Positions 1 to 16,230 of a DNA stretch of 64,000 bases are shown piece by piece; position 1 is the stretch's first letter; every line of letters begins with the position of its first letter. The position numbers and the translations under genes were made by a program. This DNA comes from the human T2T-CHM13v2.0 reference genome, Homo sapiens. The DNA lies in assembly GCF_009914755.1 (NCBI RefSeq), contig NC_060928.1; one strand, given 5' to 3'. Below the pieces are notes generated by a model. It made no database searches, was not told the origin of the DNA, and saw only the letters and a list, made by a program, of their open reading frames with translations.

Positions 1-689
1 TCAGCCTTCTCTGGCTAGTCTTCACAGCAGAAAAGAAAAGAAGTACTTTTTGAGAGTAACTCAAATTTTCTTCCCACATTCGGTATACGTGAAGGAATTT
101 GGAGAAATTTTGCATTTGGTGGAAACCCATTTATAAATTTTCTTGTGAAAATATTATAACCATTGTAGCAATCTTGGGGACAGGAAGTACTTGATCTTTG
201 TTCAAGCCATCGGTTACAAAATATTGGAAGTGAAAGCTGCTGAGGTCTGCGGTGCAGGGGTAGTGGGCCGAAGTATCTTGTTAAAAGGGAAGGACTTATA
301 CATTTCAGCATTCATGTACATTTGTTAGACCACAAGTAATTATGACCTTTTTGGGGAAAAAAAAATGCAATGGAGGTGAATTGTTTCCCTTGCCAGGAGA
401 CAGAATTTTTGAGCAGCTCTCTGGAGAGCAATAATGGCCCAGCATGGGTTTGATTAATTTGCAACTGGAAAGGTATTAACTTGAGGAAAGTGTTCAAGAA
501 ATATTTGGAAGTTATGGTTTCTCTATTGGACTGCCTTGAAGATTTAGATGTCCCCCCAGGTGCTATGTGATCAGTAAGAAATGCAGTGACTCCTGAGCTT
601 TTGGAGGTGGGTGATGAAGGGTGATGGTGATATGTTGAAGAAAATCAGATTTTCTCTTTTTTGTCAGGAGTGGTGGCTCAGTTGGATGC

Positions 690-890
690 AAACTAGCTAA
701 CATTTATTGAGGACTGAAAATGTTCCAGGCACTGTCTGAGAACTTTTCTTGTTTATGAGAGAGGTACTACTGTGATCCACTTTCCACAGATAAGAAAAGA
801 GAGATTAAGTAATTTGCCTCTGGTCACCCAGCTAGTTAGGAATAAAATTGAAACCTAAATAGTTTGACTCCAGGGCACATGCTCTTAGCT
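690..890 (-). mobile_element. MIR
   Basis: tagctaacatttattgag...ccaggcactg...aagtaatttgcc...ggtcacccagctagt is the reverse complement of the MIR core. Confidence 0.75.
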
Positions 891-2519
891 TTTTGGTGAC
901 ACAGCTTCCAAGGATATAACCATAACCAGGAGAAGGAACTTGTAGGCTTATATCACACTCCAGTTATTCTGAAGCAAGGTTGTGTCCTTGCAAAGTTAAA
1001 TGAGGAATTGGATTATTTTCTTATATATTCTATCAATTCTATTTTGCAGCCCATCTATTCTGGAAAAGTTAAGGTTGGTGGTGGTGGTTCCTGGGTCTTC
1101 GGCTATTATTTTTTCAGTCTACTTTCATAAATTCTCCACTTAATTTTGAGTCTGTACCAGTTGAAAAGAACCAAAGTAGGGTGATACAAATGAAGAAAGT
1201 AGCCTGAATCTGACTTCAAGCATATCTTCTGTACCAATGTGAACTTATAGAAGGATTTCAGTGAGACATATGTAACTTTAGCTGGGAAAAAGAGTTGGAG
1301 TGATCATGACCCTCAAAGATCACCTGGAGATGTGGGAACTAAGAGTGACTGAAGGCCAGCGACTTGGCCAACATCATGCAGAATGGCTCAGAGAAGGCTT
1401 TAAAGGGAGCCTAGCATGGGCGCTTCCTGGAACGGGGCTCTTTCCTCAGTGTGCCCTTTAAATGGAAGGCTCAGCTATCAGGCAACACTTGACAAATCGC
1501 AGTGAAAAGTAACAGATCTGGTGACAAGGTGTTTACTGACAAAGAGACAAACTCAAATGGAAAAATGTTCTTATAGGAACTCTCTTGGGCCCTTCAGCCA
1601 CAGAGTGTCCTCTGGGGAAGAATACATTTGGCTCAAGTTCACTCTGGTAGAAAAGATGCTGGGCAATGAGGTGGTGGGGGCTGGTTGGAAGGGTGATAAT
1701 GACAAGTTGGCAACCAAAAACAGAGTAAAGCAGATTTATGGCTTGAAAACCTAACCCAAACCACAACTGTGAAGTGCCAGGGATCTCAGGGGGTTTGCTA
1801 TTTGGGGAAATCAGGCCAATTTCTTCTTCATATGTCTAGATCTTTTGAATACATCATGCTAATATTATCCTACCTTGGACAGTTGTGAAAATAGTTCAAT
1901 GGTGATTGATTTACATATTCCAAAAATGTTCCTATTCTAGAAATTAATTTAAAACATCACAGCTATAAGGAATAACTATTTATGCTTCAAGTTTCCAGGC
2001 ACATAGGTATTTACTGACTGAATAAATCAAGGAATATTTGCTGTAGCCAGGACATTATGTGCCTGGTCAATCCTTATCTATTTTGACATGGAATGAAATA
2101 TTAAATTTATGATCAAAACATGTCTTTTTAATTATTTACTAAAATTTAATTAAATAACTGTCAGTATCATTTGCATAATACTTTTTGGACTGCTCTGTAC
2201 AATTTCTTTAAAGCCTCGAAGAGTTTTGTTCATAGTGTGAGAACATGAGAGACACCTTAAGGTTTACATGCATTTAACTTCCTGTACAATTAAATTTCTG
2301 CTTTTCTATTCAGCCTACCTTGTTAAATGGGGATAAAACGGTCTTGTACAAACTCAATAGGAATATTGCAGAACCAATGAGGAAATGCCCAAAGCTCTTT
2401 GATAATCTTACTTGTGTATGCCTGGTAATTGTATTAATTAAAATGTCTTTTGCCAGCAGCACAGAAGTGGATTTTTAGTCTTTGAAATAAGTTGATTTTC
2501 AACCTGGCAATGTAGTTAA

Positions 2520-4510
<1,991 letters not shown>

Positions 4511-5016
4511 TAGGCACAATAAAATTACTTATAAATTAAGCTCTCAAGAGCAGTTCACAATATAGACAAACCTTCACATTGCTTTTAAAAAATATGCATA
4601 TATGTAAATATGAGACATTTTGATAGGGACTAAAATCATTTTTTGCATGTGTTAAAGGCTTTTCTTGATAAACAATGTCTACGTAATAAAAAGAAGAAAG
4701 GAGAGGTAAACAGGCTATAATATTTTATTTGTTAGGGATACCTGGCTTTATTCTAGTTTCAGAGCTGGGACCTGGATGAAGGCTGAAATCCATCAACTAG
4801 AACTACAAGTCTGAGAGAAATATGCTGTTATAATTAAAATGTAGTTACTGTAATATAATTGGAAAGTAATATGGAAGTATAAAGTATACCAAAATCCCAG
4901 ACAAAGAGAGTGCTTTTTAGTGGCATTATGCTGAAATCAAATGAGGTTTATATAATTCCCATTGTTAAAGCAAAATGCATAACCTAAAACCTCAAAATGC
5001 AATTAATCTAATTTGA

Positions 5017-5827
<811 letters not shown>

Positions 5828-6673
5828 AACAGCAAGTGAATAGGTGTACATTTGATGCTTCTAGTGAGTAATATTTCACTCACTACTTTTGAGTGACAAG
5901 TGACTATTTAATTAGCTTAGAATTTTATATGTAAACTCCACAGTTTTAGGGTTTGAATATACTAATCATTTGGGAATTGTCTGTTTCGAGAGTCAAGTTT
6001 ATTTTACTGAAAAACCTCATAGAAAGACACACATGATCTTGACAGACTTGTCCATCAGGACCATGATAAAGGCCATTCTATTTTAAACTCAGATGTTTGT
6101 GTTTGTAGTAATACCCTTAGCAATTCCAAATTGCTTTATGCAGAAACTGATATTTAAGCTATACAATATAGATATTCATTTCTGTCTCCCGAGGAAATTT
6201 TTTATTGCATCATTTGTGCTAGAAGTAGTTTTATCATGAAGAATGATCTTTAGGACAGATTAAAAATATATTGCTCAAATAGCAGACACTCAGGTGAAAT
6301 TGTTTTCTTTCTTTCAAAAGCCTTGGCTAATTAATCATACATAAGTATTAGAAACAGCAAACAAAATACAAGCTACAATGAATATGTCAAAATATACTTT
6401 ACATTTTCCCTAATAGAGGTATAGTTTTTTACCTAGCACCTCATTCTCTGTTAGTCTGGAAAAGATGTTTGTTTATAGTTTCATTTACAGTTTGTGTTAT
6501 AATAACAAGACAGAGAAGTTCCATAGGTAAATTTCTGTAGTATCACAGTGAAGAATAAATAGAGGCTTATGTGTAGACCACCCAGAAAAAAGAAGTTAAG
6601 AAGTAACACAATAGTAGTAGTAGTAATACTATTAGCTAACATTAAGCAATTACTATGTACCAAGTAACTATGC

Positions 6674-7101
6674 TGTTATGGTTTGAATGTGTCCCATAAA
6701 GTTCATGTGTTGGAAACTTAACCCTAATGCAACAGCATCGAAAGATGGAACCTGGAATAGGTGATTAGGCCATGAGGGTTTTGCCCTTATAAATGGATTA
6801 GTGTTATTATTGTGGGAGTGGGTTAGTTATCCAGAGAGTGGGTTTCTGATAGAAGGACGAGTTCTGCCCACTTCTCTCTCTCTCCCCTCTGTAGCCCTCA
6901 CCTCTGTCTCCCTCTCTCTCTCTCTCTCTTACCTTTCCACCTTCCACCATGGGATGATGCAGCAAGAAGCCCTTGCCAGATGCAGGTCTCTTGACTTTGG
7001 ACTTCCCAGCCTACAGAACTATAGGAAGTAAATCTCCATTTTTCATAAATGATCCAGTATTAGATGTTCTGTTATAGCAGCACAAAATGTATTAAGAGAC
7101 A
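6674..7101 (+). mobile_element. MaLR solo LTR (MSTD-like) inserted in a MIR
   Basis: tgttatggtttgaatgtgtccc...ggacttcccagcc...gttatagcagcacaaaatg..aca; MIR sequence continues on both sides (about 6625-7560). Confidence 0.82.
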
Positions 7102-7129
7102 TGCTAAGGGCTTTACAAGTATTATCTAA

Positions 7130-7529
<400 letters not shown>

Positions 7530-7835
7530 TAACCATCCCCAAGCAGATGGCAGTTAAACTCCAAAGCCTTTGTTCTGAAGTCTTAGGCAAGAACTTTTGC
7601 TAATCACAGTCACAATATTACAGAAGATTGTAAAATTTCCAGTGGAATAAGCAAATAGTCATAATCCAATGGCTCAAAACACAGTTCTGCCTGTTTAAAA
7701 GTATAAAACGAAAAATCACAAGGAATTTCTCAACACACACACACACAGACACTCATGCAGACACACACACTAAACATACAGACATGTGGCGAAGATAGAG
7801 ATCTATTATGGTACCTACAACCATAGGCTAAAATG

Positions 7836-8075
7836 CATTTATTCTTTCAACAAATATTTAGCCTTCTACAGGGGCCTGGAATTTCAGGAGAGAACAGGCA
7901 AGCTTGATTCCTGTCCTACAGAGCTTGTAATCTATTAAAGAAGACAGATGTTGAATAGACAGCACACAAATAACTAAGTATATATTTACTGGGGTCAAAG
8001 TCCCATAAAGTAGAAAAGCACAGTGCTCTGATAACATACCAGGGAGCCCCAGCCTGCACTTCCCAGGAAGAGGAA
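7836..8075 (-). mobile_element. L2 3' fragment
   Basis: catttattctttcaacaaatattt...cctgtcctacagagcttgtaatcta. Confidence 0.6.
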
Positions 8076-9660
8076 GTGGGCACGTGTGATAGCCATGAAT
8101 CAGAAGTGGAGAAAATCCACATAATTACTGTGATTTTCTGCAGTTTGATCTTTCAATTCAAAAAACTGATTTTCACTGGAAAGGCAAGGACTTGTGTTGT
8201 TTTAAGCATTTTTGTACTTTGTTACTTCTTTACATATGTAGCATGGTGGCTGGGTGGAATTTAAGTGGGTCTCAGGGACGTCCGCGCCCGTGGTGGGGCA
8301 GGTTATAGGGAGCCTTCAGGAGATCTAGGGCTTCTAGAAAAGGAACTCACTTCTGCTGGGCCCAGATATGTCTGAGCAGGTCCGGGAAGCTGGTGTGGTG
8401 GCCACAGGTCTATTTGCAATGGAGGTGAGGATGTTCCAGAAAGGGCATTCATCCATGGGGAAGAAGGTAATAGGTCTAATGAGTTCAACCTGAGGAAAGC
8501 TTTGACCCATGCAGGGGAGGAAGTAGAGATTCTGCCGCAGCGCAGTGGCCATTCCCCGAATCTATTCCCTGGCCCCCTAATGCGTGTCTGGCTCTTGAGT
8601 TGAGGGGGCCAGCTTTCTCCCACAGAAAGTCTAATTAAGGGAAAAGGGGCATCTGGCCCCACTGCAGAGCAGAGGAACCGTTGCCTTTCTGGGAGAAGGG
8701 GGATGCCTGCTGAGACTTGCTGAACCTGACTGTGCACAGCGATTTCAGGGCCCGGTGGAGAGATGCAACAGCAGCTGCGCCTGGCAGGGATGGGTGGGTG
8801 GGAGGGTGGGAGATGGGGTGACCACATAAAAGAAATGCCTGGTAGAGGCTGCGAGACTCACTCTGGCAATTTCCAGAATTAGATGCGAGGGACTTGGCAG
8901 GAAGTCAGAGGTCCTGCATCAGTGGGAGCTACAAACCGGCACAAAAAAAAAAAAAAAAAAATTTAAATTGCCTCTGTAGGCTAAGGGGTCCTAGGGAAAC
9001 TTAGGTTAGATGTAAATGAACAAATGAGTTGGCATGGCAGCCTAAGTCTATTTGAAAGCTAAGCAGGTTTATTTATATTCTATCGATTTCATTATTCTAA
9101 AACTAAGTTGAAATTAGAACTGCTTCTAATTCAGAAAAAGTGCTTGTTTTGCAAAAAAGCTCTGGTGTTTTGTAGTAACTCATATATAACTGTGAGCAGT
9201 AGTGGACGCAGGAATAGTGAACCCTGTTTTTCTTTTCTTCGTAGAGAGATATTAACAGCCTTAGCAAATACTCACTGGAGTTTTCACAAATAAAACATAG
9301 CAGAGAAATACCCAGAGGGATAAGTTTTCCCTCTAGTATGAAAGGAATTAGTGTAGTCAATAGAAAAGCAAGCTGTGTGTGAAACCCCAGAGTGTAGCAC
9401 AGGGTTTTCACCCTGGGTGGGGGGCTGAAAATACCGAAGATGACAGAATCCAGTGGTGAGACGGGTGGCATGTCAGGAGGGGGCTGTGGTATGTGTTTAA
9501 CCCTTAGGCTGCCACGGTGCTTTCATAGTGTGCATGTATGATTTTCCCCAAATAAATACATATTCTGTGATGCATAATAAGGCAAAATCCTAAAGGTTCC
9601 TTCCTTCAACTATTATATAGATGAAAACAATGAAAAGCAGTTAAACTTAAAATGGATATA

Positions 9661-9935
9661 GGTTAGGCGTGGTGGCTGATGCCTGTAAATCTCAACACTT
9701 TAGAAGGCCAAGGCAGGAGGATAACTTGAGCCTAGGAGTTTGAGACCAGCCTAGGCAATATAAGGAGACCCCGTCTCTACAGATAATGAAAAATTAGCTA
9801 GGCACAGTGGCATGTGCCTGTGTTCCCAGCTACTCGACAGGTTGAGGTTGCAGGGAAAGGTGATCGCGCCACTGCACTCCAGCCTAGGCGACAGAGCAAG
9901 ACATGGTCTCAAAAAAGAAATAATAAACAAATAAA
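9661..9935 (+). mobile_element. Alu (J-type, internal deletion)
   Basis: Alu sequence with ttgagcctaggagtttgag. Confidence 0.88.
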
Positions 9936-10356
9936 ACAGATATAAAAATATAAAAGGGATAAAATGGGATAATTAATTAGATAACAGTCTCTTTTAGATC
10001 AGTAGCGTCCAATCTTTCCTGACCTAGGGCTCCTCGTCTTGCCTGGAGTCCTTTGCTTAGTGAGATGGTGCTACGGGCAGAGGGCACATGTGAATTCTGG
10101 ACGTGTGTATCTAGTTTTGTGAGGCTGGGGGGACACAATGTAGCCCCTCCTCCTCCACACACACGCTGTGTAAGTCCCTGCACTCAGCTGGGTCTCCCTG
10201 TTTGGTCTCAGGTAGCAGTGTCTGGTAATAACTGAGACCCTGTCCCAGACCTACCGAGGCTGGAGATTAATCAGCTGCAGACCAACCAGTGAGGAGCTGT
10301 TTCAGTTATTTTAACTGTCTTGCCCATTGATTTAGAACACCCACCTAAATTCATTT

Positions 10357-10390
<34 letters not shown>

Positions 10391-11346
10391 CAACCAGCCA
10401 GGAGTGGTTACATTCCCAAAATATTGGTGTTGTGAACCCGTTTTTGTTCTTTCATAGGAAACCTGCTCTATTATATCTTGGTCTTGGAGTTCCATAAGTA
10501 CAGCATTTTTGTTGGCTAGACAGTGATATGCTTGTATGTTTTAATGCTTGCTTTATTAATTTCTGAAACATCCACTTTTTGAGACATGTAACAGAAGCTA
10601 CATGATGGCACTATCATCTGTATTAGGTTTCTGGGACTTTGATAACAAAACAGAAACGCTCCCTGAAGTCTGATTTTCCTCCCCCTCCCCATCCCTTTTT
10701 GAAGTTAATAAAAACACTTTGTGTGCAGGATGGATTTTTCCCCATTTGACCCTAAGTTAAGAAAATACATTAAATAGATTGCAAAGTTCCATCTTAACAA
10801 TTCTGAGATGTGAAAAGAGGCAATAATTTGGCCATGAGAAACCTGCACAAATAACGGTTTCTTGGGTTTTAAATATAAATGCTGTAGGGACATTGCTTTT
10901 GTACACATTGTAACAATGTGCCAAAAGGTGATGAAGAATGACAAACTATTTCACCTATAAAGTGTGCCAAAGAACTTTCCAGAACACTGGAATTTGAAGG
11001 CTAAATTATTTAGGGATCAGGGAGTGGATGACTTGGATTACTCCTACTAGTATCCGGCAGGCGTGAGTAACCTATTGCACCATTAACTAAGAAGGAGGTG
11101 CTGTACCCGTTGTTTTCCCTAAAATATATTTTGTCCTGAGACGCTCTGTCCAATAGTGCCAAGTATTAGAATTTTATTCATTTATATTCTCATTCTTTTC
11201 AAAATATTGAATGGCTGCAGCAAAATCCAAGCTAAGATTATGTCCAAATCTCACTTCTGTAACACTGGATCTAACAAGCACATTTTTCTCATCTATAAAA
11301 ATGGAGTTTCAATTTAGACCATCTGCCCCATTAAGACTGCTCTGGC

Positions 11347-11640
11347 GGCCGGGCGCAGTGGCTCATGCCTGTAATTCAGCATTTTGGGAGGCCGAGGCAG
11401 GCGGATCATGAGGTCAGGGGTTCGAGACCAGCCTGACCAACATGGTGAAACCCAGTCTCTACTAAAAATACAAAAAGCCAGGCGTGGTGGTGCGCCCCTG
11501 TAATCCCAGCTACTCAGGAGGCTGAGGCAGAAGAATTGCTTGAACACAGGAGGCAGAAGTTGCAGTAAGCCAAGATCTTGCTGCTGCACTCCAGCCTGGG
11601 GGACAGAGCAAGACTCTATCCCCCCCACCCCCCAAAAAAA
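11347..11640 (+). mobile_element. Alu (S-type)
   Basis: Full dimer with C-rich tail; TSD about aagactgctctgg/aaaattgctctgg. Confidence 0.92.
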
Positions 11641-11962
11641 TTGCTCTGGTGAACCAACAGAGGTAGAAAGCATATGAATTGTAAGATGCTCTATCAATCT
11701 ATCAATGAAAGGCATTACTGAAGGGCTGGACATCTTATGGACATTTAGTCAGTAGTAGTTGAGGGCTACAGCATCTTTGGGCTCTACTAGAAAGCGAGGA
11801 GTTTTAGTGACTCATCTCTGTGCCCCAAGCCTATGGGTGTCAAGTGTGGAAATGGCATTTCTGAGTATTTGAGGAACCCTCAGTGTCCTAGATGTCCCAT
11901 TTAAATTGCCCAGAGTAAGAGAAAACAGAAACACAGTTTGATTTTAAATCAAAAGTTATGAT

Positions 11963-11968
11963 TTTATT
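11963..11968 (-). terminator. Distal polyadenylation signal AATAAA
   Basis: tttatt on the plus strand, followed on the minus strand about 30 nt later by GU-rich CTGTGTTTCTGTTTTCTC, a typical downstream element. Confidence 0.7.
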
Positions 11969-13685
11969 TTTAATTTTAATACACCAGGAAAAAATATTTT
12001 TTTTAATGTCGTGAAATAAGCACTTGAAAATAACAACTTCAACATTGCTGTGATTTGCTCTGTGAGGCTTATATGGGTGGGCTTCCATATGAATATGGGC
12101 TCTGAGGTCCCCAAGAAGCTGAATCTTCCAGTGGTTTTCAAGATAGCAGCAAGCAACCTCCTGCCTGAATATGTCTAGACAGGCAGACCTGTTTGAAACG
12201 AGTATGACCAGGGAGGACTGTTAGGCTACTTCTGTGGCCTTCTTAGTTTTTGTCGATGGAAATAAAGTCTCAAGTGCTACTAAGCATTGGGAAAGTAACA
12301 GCATTTAAATACCAATGTCGAGTCAGAACCCTTCATGGCCGGCCCGAATGGGTTATAAATGTGGCTTGACCCTGACTTATGGGACCAGTTATTAATTTAA
12401 CCAGTTACTTCAGAAGAGGTTACTACAATGCAGTGTTGGTTTGGACGTCTAGTGAAATATATTTTACTGTGAGACTTCTGCCTGCCCAGCCTAAAATCAA
12501 AGTGCCACTTTTGAGCTCTCCCAAGCCCCACTCACGAATGTGCTCCCACTGTCCATCTAACTTCTAGAACAACTTCCACATCACTTCCTTTAAAAAGTGT
12601 CAATCAGGAGGAAGGGAAGCCTGAGAATTCCCCCTGCCATCTGTGAGCTCTGAATTGTCAAAGTCTCTGAGGATGAGGAAAGTAACTTGATTCAACAGGT
12701 TTGTGTATGTTCTTCAAAGCTCTGTGCATGTGCCCTGTACCGGCCTCTTTAGCTATGAGTTGTGCCATATGGCTCGCAGATGTTTATAACTGGAGTCTGT
12801 CACAACAGCATTCAAGAAAATGCTGTGACTGCACTGACACTTGTTTTGTGTAAGTCTTGGACACCAGCATACAGAGGCTGTTGCTCATTGGCAAACTGGG
12901 ACCTACCCCTTCATACTGATTGTCGGAACAAAATAGAGCATTGTGATTTCATCAGCTCTCACTTTAATGTGTATACACTACTGGCCAAATGTGGTGGTGG
13001 ATCTTGGCAAAGTCTCTTCCTGATAGCAATGAGTCTGAGGCACAAAGAATCAGGTGTTGTATAGAAAAGACAAAGAACGATGTTTCAAAAGCTGTGGGAG
13101 ACAATGACTCACAGCATGAACATAGGCTTTACGATCATCCTAAATTGAGAGCAAGGTATTTATTATCGAAAACAGAGACTGGAGAAAGACACTACATTTG
13201 ACTACTGGGACATTCTGGGTGCTTATAAAATTTTGACATGATATTATTTTTCATGATGGAAACTTTTAAGGAATAAGTGTCTACAAGAGGTGGACATGGA
13301 CCATGCTTATACAACTTAAAGCTCTGAACTCTGAGAGGCAAAGTCTATTTGTTCTCTACTCTCCTCACAGCCTCTTGAATCAGACCTTGGCCAATCCAGT
13401 TACTCTGTTAAAGAATCATTAAGGAAACCAAAAAAAAAAAAAAGCCCTCAGAATATGCCCTAGCTGCCTCGGTTGTGTGACACACACCGTGGTCTCTGAG
13501 TAGAGGCTGTACTATCAGAATAAAGAAAAAATAGTAACCTGAGCATCTTGTCTCTCCCAGGTAATTCAGAAGCTGGGGCTATGGCCAGACTTCTGGAACA
13601 TTCTACTCTAGCATCACTGTACTCCAGGAGCTTTGTTACTCTGATGTGACAGGCTTTACCTTATGAAGATGCTACATCTGATTTA

Positions 13686-14005
<320 letters not shown>

Positions 14006-15493
14006 AAAGACATTCTGTGGGTCTCTTTCTGTTCTTCTAGGTTCCCACTGTCTTTCCCATCAATTCTACAAAACCCACTCATATGAAGTTTCTAACTCAG
14101 TCTAGACATATTAGTCTCTTTTCTCATCAGTTTCTTTACATGAGCAGAGAGGTGGAGAAGCGAGGGGATATAATCAAGCCTTTCTTTTCCCTCTAGCAAT
14201 GTACATGTAAAGTATTCCCTCTTCTCCCCTTACTTTTGTAGTGGAGCATAATTAGAAGGATGGGAGTAAGTGACTTCGAATAACCACCTCAATCCATGGT
14301 TTTAATTTGGTACTTTGGCCTTGCGTTAGATGTAATATGGTAGTTACTCTTTTCCCATAAGCAACACTAGAAGGTCCACGTAAACCCCCTGCTTTATGAA
14401 TAGAGCATTTCTCACTAGAACTTCATTGCAAACTCATGGACTTGGCTTGATGCTCAGACCTAGTGTATGAAATCATGTGTGTATGAAATAAAGGATTTTT
14501 TTTTAGCCCAAGAACAATGCTTTCACCATAGTAGGATCGGGATGCAGTGGAAAATCTTCAATAGAAAGATACTCTATTGCAGCATAGTGGGGCAGCTATA
14601 AAAACTTGCCTGCCCAAGTTTTTCTGGAATGTTAACTGGCAGCAGGATTATCTATGCAGCAGTCAATTCTCTGGTAGGTTTCAGATTTGTCATGGGCCAG
14701 TGATCCAGCCTCATATCTTGATATGATTAAAGCGGCTAAGCTGAGATGTTAAAAACAGTGTATTGAACCTATATTACCAAAATTTTGTTTTGTTTTGTTT
14801 TGTTTTAAAAAAAATGTGGCTTTTTTCCTCCCATGATAAACATTGGAAATGCCTTTAGATATATTTAGCTAATTTTAAAACTATTAAGACATTCACCCTG
14901 TAAACAAAAATTCCAAATTATTTTACAAGTAAAGACAAACAAACATGAACCTAATACCAAAATGAAAGTGCTTTGGAAGCATCATTTAGAGTCTTTTTAA
15001 GGTTTATGCTCACTTCCGTTTCTAACCTGCATTAAGAGATCTGCAATAAATCACTCAATTAAATAATTAAATCAACCAGATGAGCCTCCAATGGGTCCTT
15101 CAATTAAATTCAAGTCAACTGTTATGTGGCCTTCTCCTCATTTTAATTATTCTCATTTTCTGTTATAAGGAAAAAAGGCTTATTGCACGGTATCATGTAT
15201 TTGCGAAGCTCAAAATAACATTTGCATCCTAAGCATCTATTAGCTCTTATAAAAGGACCTGTCTTTTCAGCTCATGTCAGATTTTGCATAATTTATAATA
15301 CATTCCTCCATCAGTTGTGTCTCACCTATGAACCAACATCAAGACATTATAGACTGCTCACAATCATTTAACATAGATGTAACAGCTTTCCTCCCCTGCA
15401 CTGTCCCCCACTCCCCATTTCTTCCAGTCATGACTTGGTTTGCATGGATTCTTTGTTCACTGCTCAAACCATTCACACAGAATGGAATAAAAC

Positions 15494-15499
15494 TTTATT
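15494..15499 (-). terminator. Proximal polyadenylation signal AATAAA
   Basis: tttatt on the plus strand; downstream on the minus strand TCTGTGTGAATGGTTTG. Confidence 0.55.
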
Positions 15500-16198
15500 C
15501 TTTTTAAATTCCACACATAAACGAGATGCTGAAAAAGCCCTTGCCATCTCTGACAGAAAAGCAGAGCAGCTCTGTTTCATGAACGACAGCACAATTAAAG
15601 CTAAAATAATATAAAAATAATTCGAAAAAATCCCTTTTACTGTACACTCTCAAAGCAAGAAAGAGAAACAACAGTTTTGTTTTGTTTTTTTCTGCTAGCC
15701 AGAAAATGTGTTTCTATTCATTTGGGCTTTGAAGTTCAGTGTACCCCACATCTGTGTGTCTGTGTGTGTATGCGTGGCTATGTGCGTGTAATCTATGCAG
15801 TGTGGAAGCCCCTAATCTTTTCATCTAGTTTGCCTAATCATTAAGCTACTTAACCAATTATAATACTATTATGTCACATTGAACAACTTTACATAATTGC
15901 TTCTTTGAAATACTAGAAACATTGACACATGTATTTGGCTTGTAAAGGACTGAAATATTACAGAGAATATTATCCAGCTTTTTTTTTTTAAAGAATATGG
16001 CTCTTAATAAATTGATTTTGAGTTCCAGAGCTAAAGTCCCTTTTAAAACATTTCTGAAGCTGACTTGAAGCAGGATGAATATCTTCTGATTTGGCCAAAG
16101 ACATGACAAGTATTTCATATCACTTAAAATTTGAGGGATAAGTGTATGGGGCCCCTTTGTTGTCAACTGTTTTCAGCCAAACTTGCCTTGAAGTTTGT

Positions 16199-16230
16199 TG
16201 TAGTATTGCCACTCAGCCAGCAGAGGGCCC
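16199..16230 (+). promoter_or_regulatory. Candidate CTCF site (core plus upstream module)
   Basis: Core CCAGCAGAGGGCCC at 16217-16230 (consensus CCASYAGRKGGCRS), with TGTAGTAT starting 18 bp upstream, resembling the TGCAG upstream module. Confidence 0.65.

Noticed and set aside
8303-8827. 174-aa minus-strand ORF in the GC-rich block
   Set aside because: Pro/Ser-rich with no recognisable domain; long frames are expected in GC-rich sequence.
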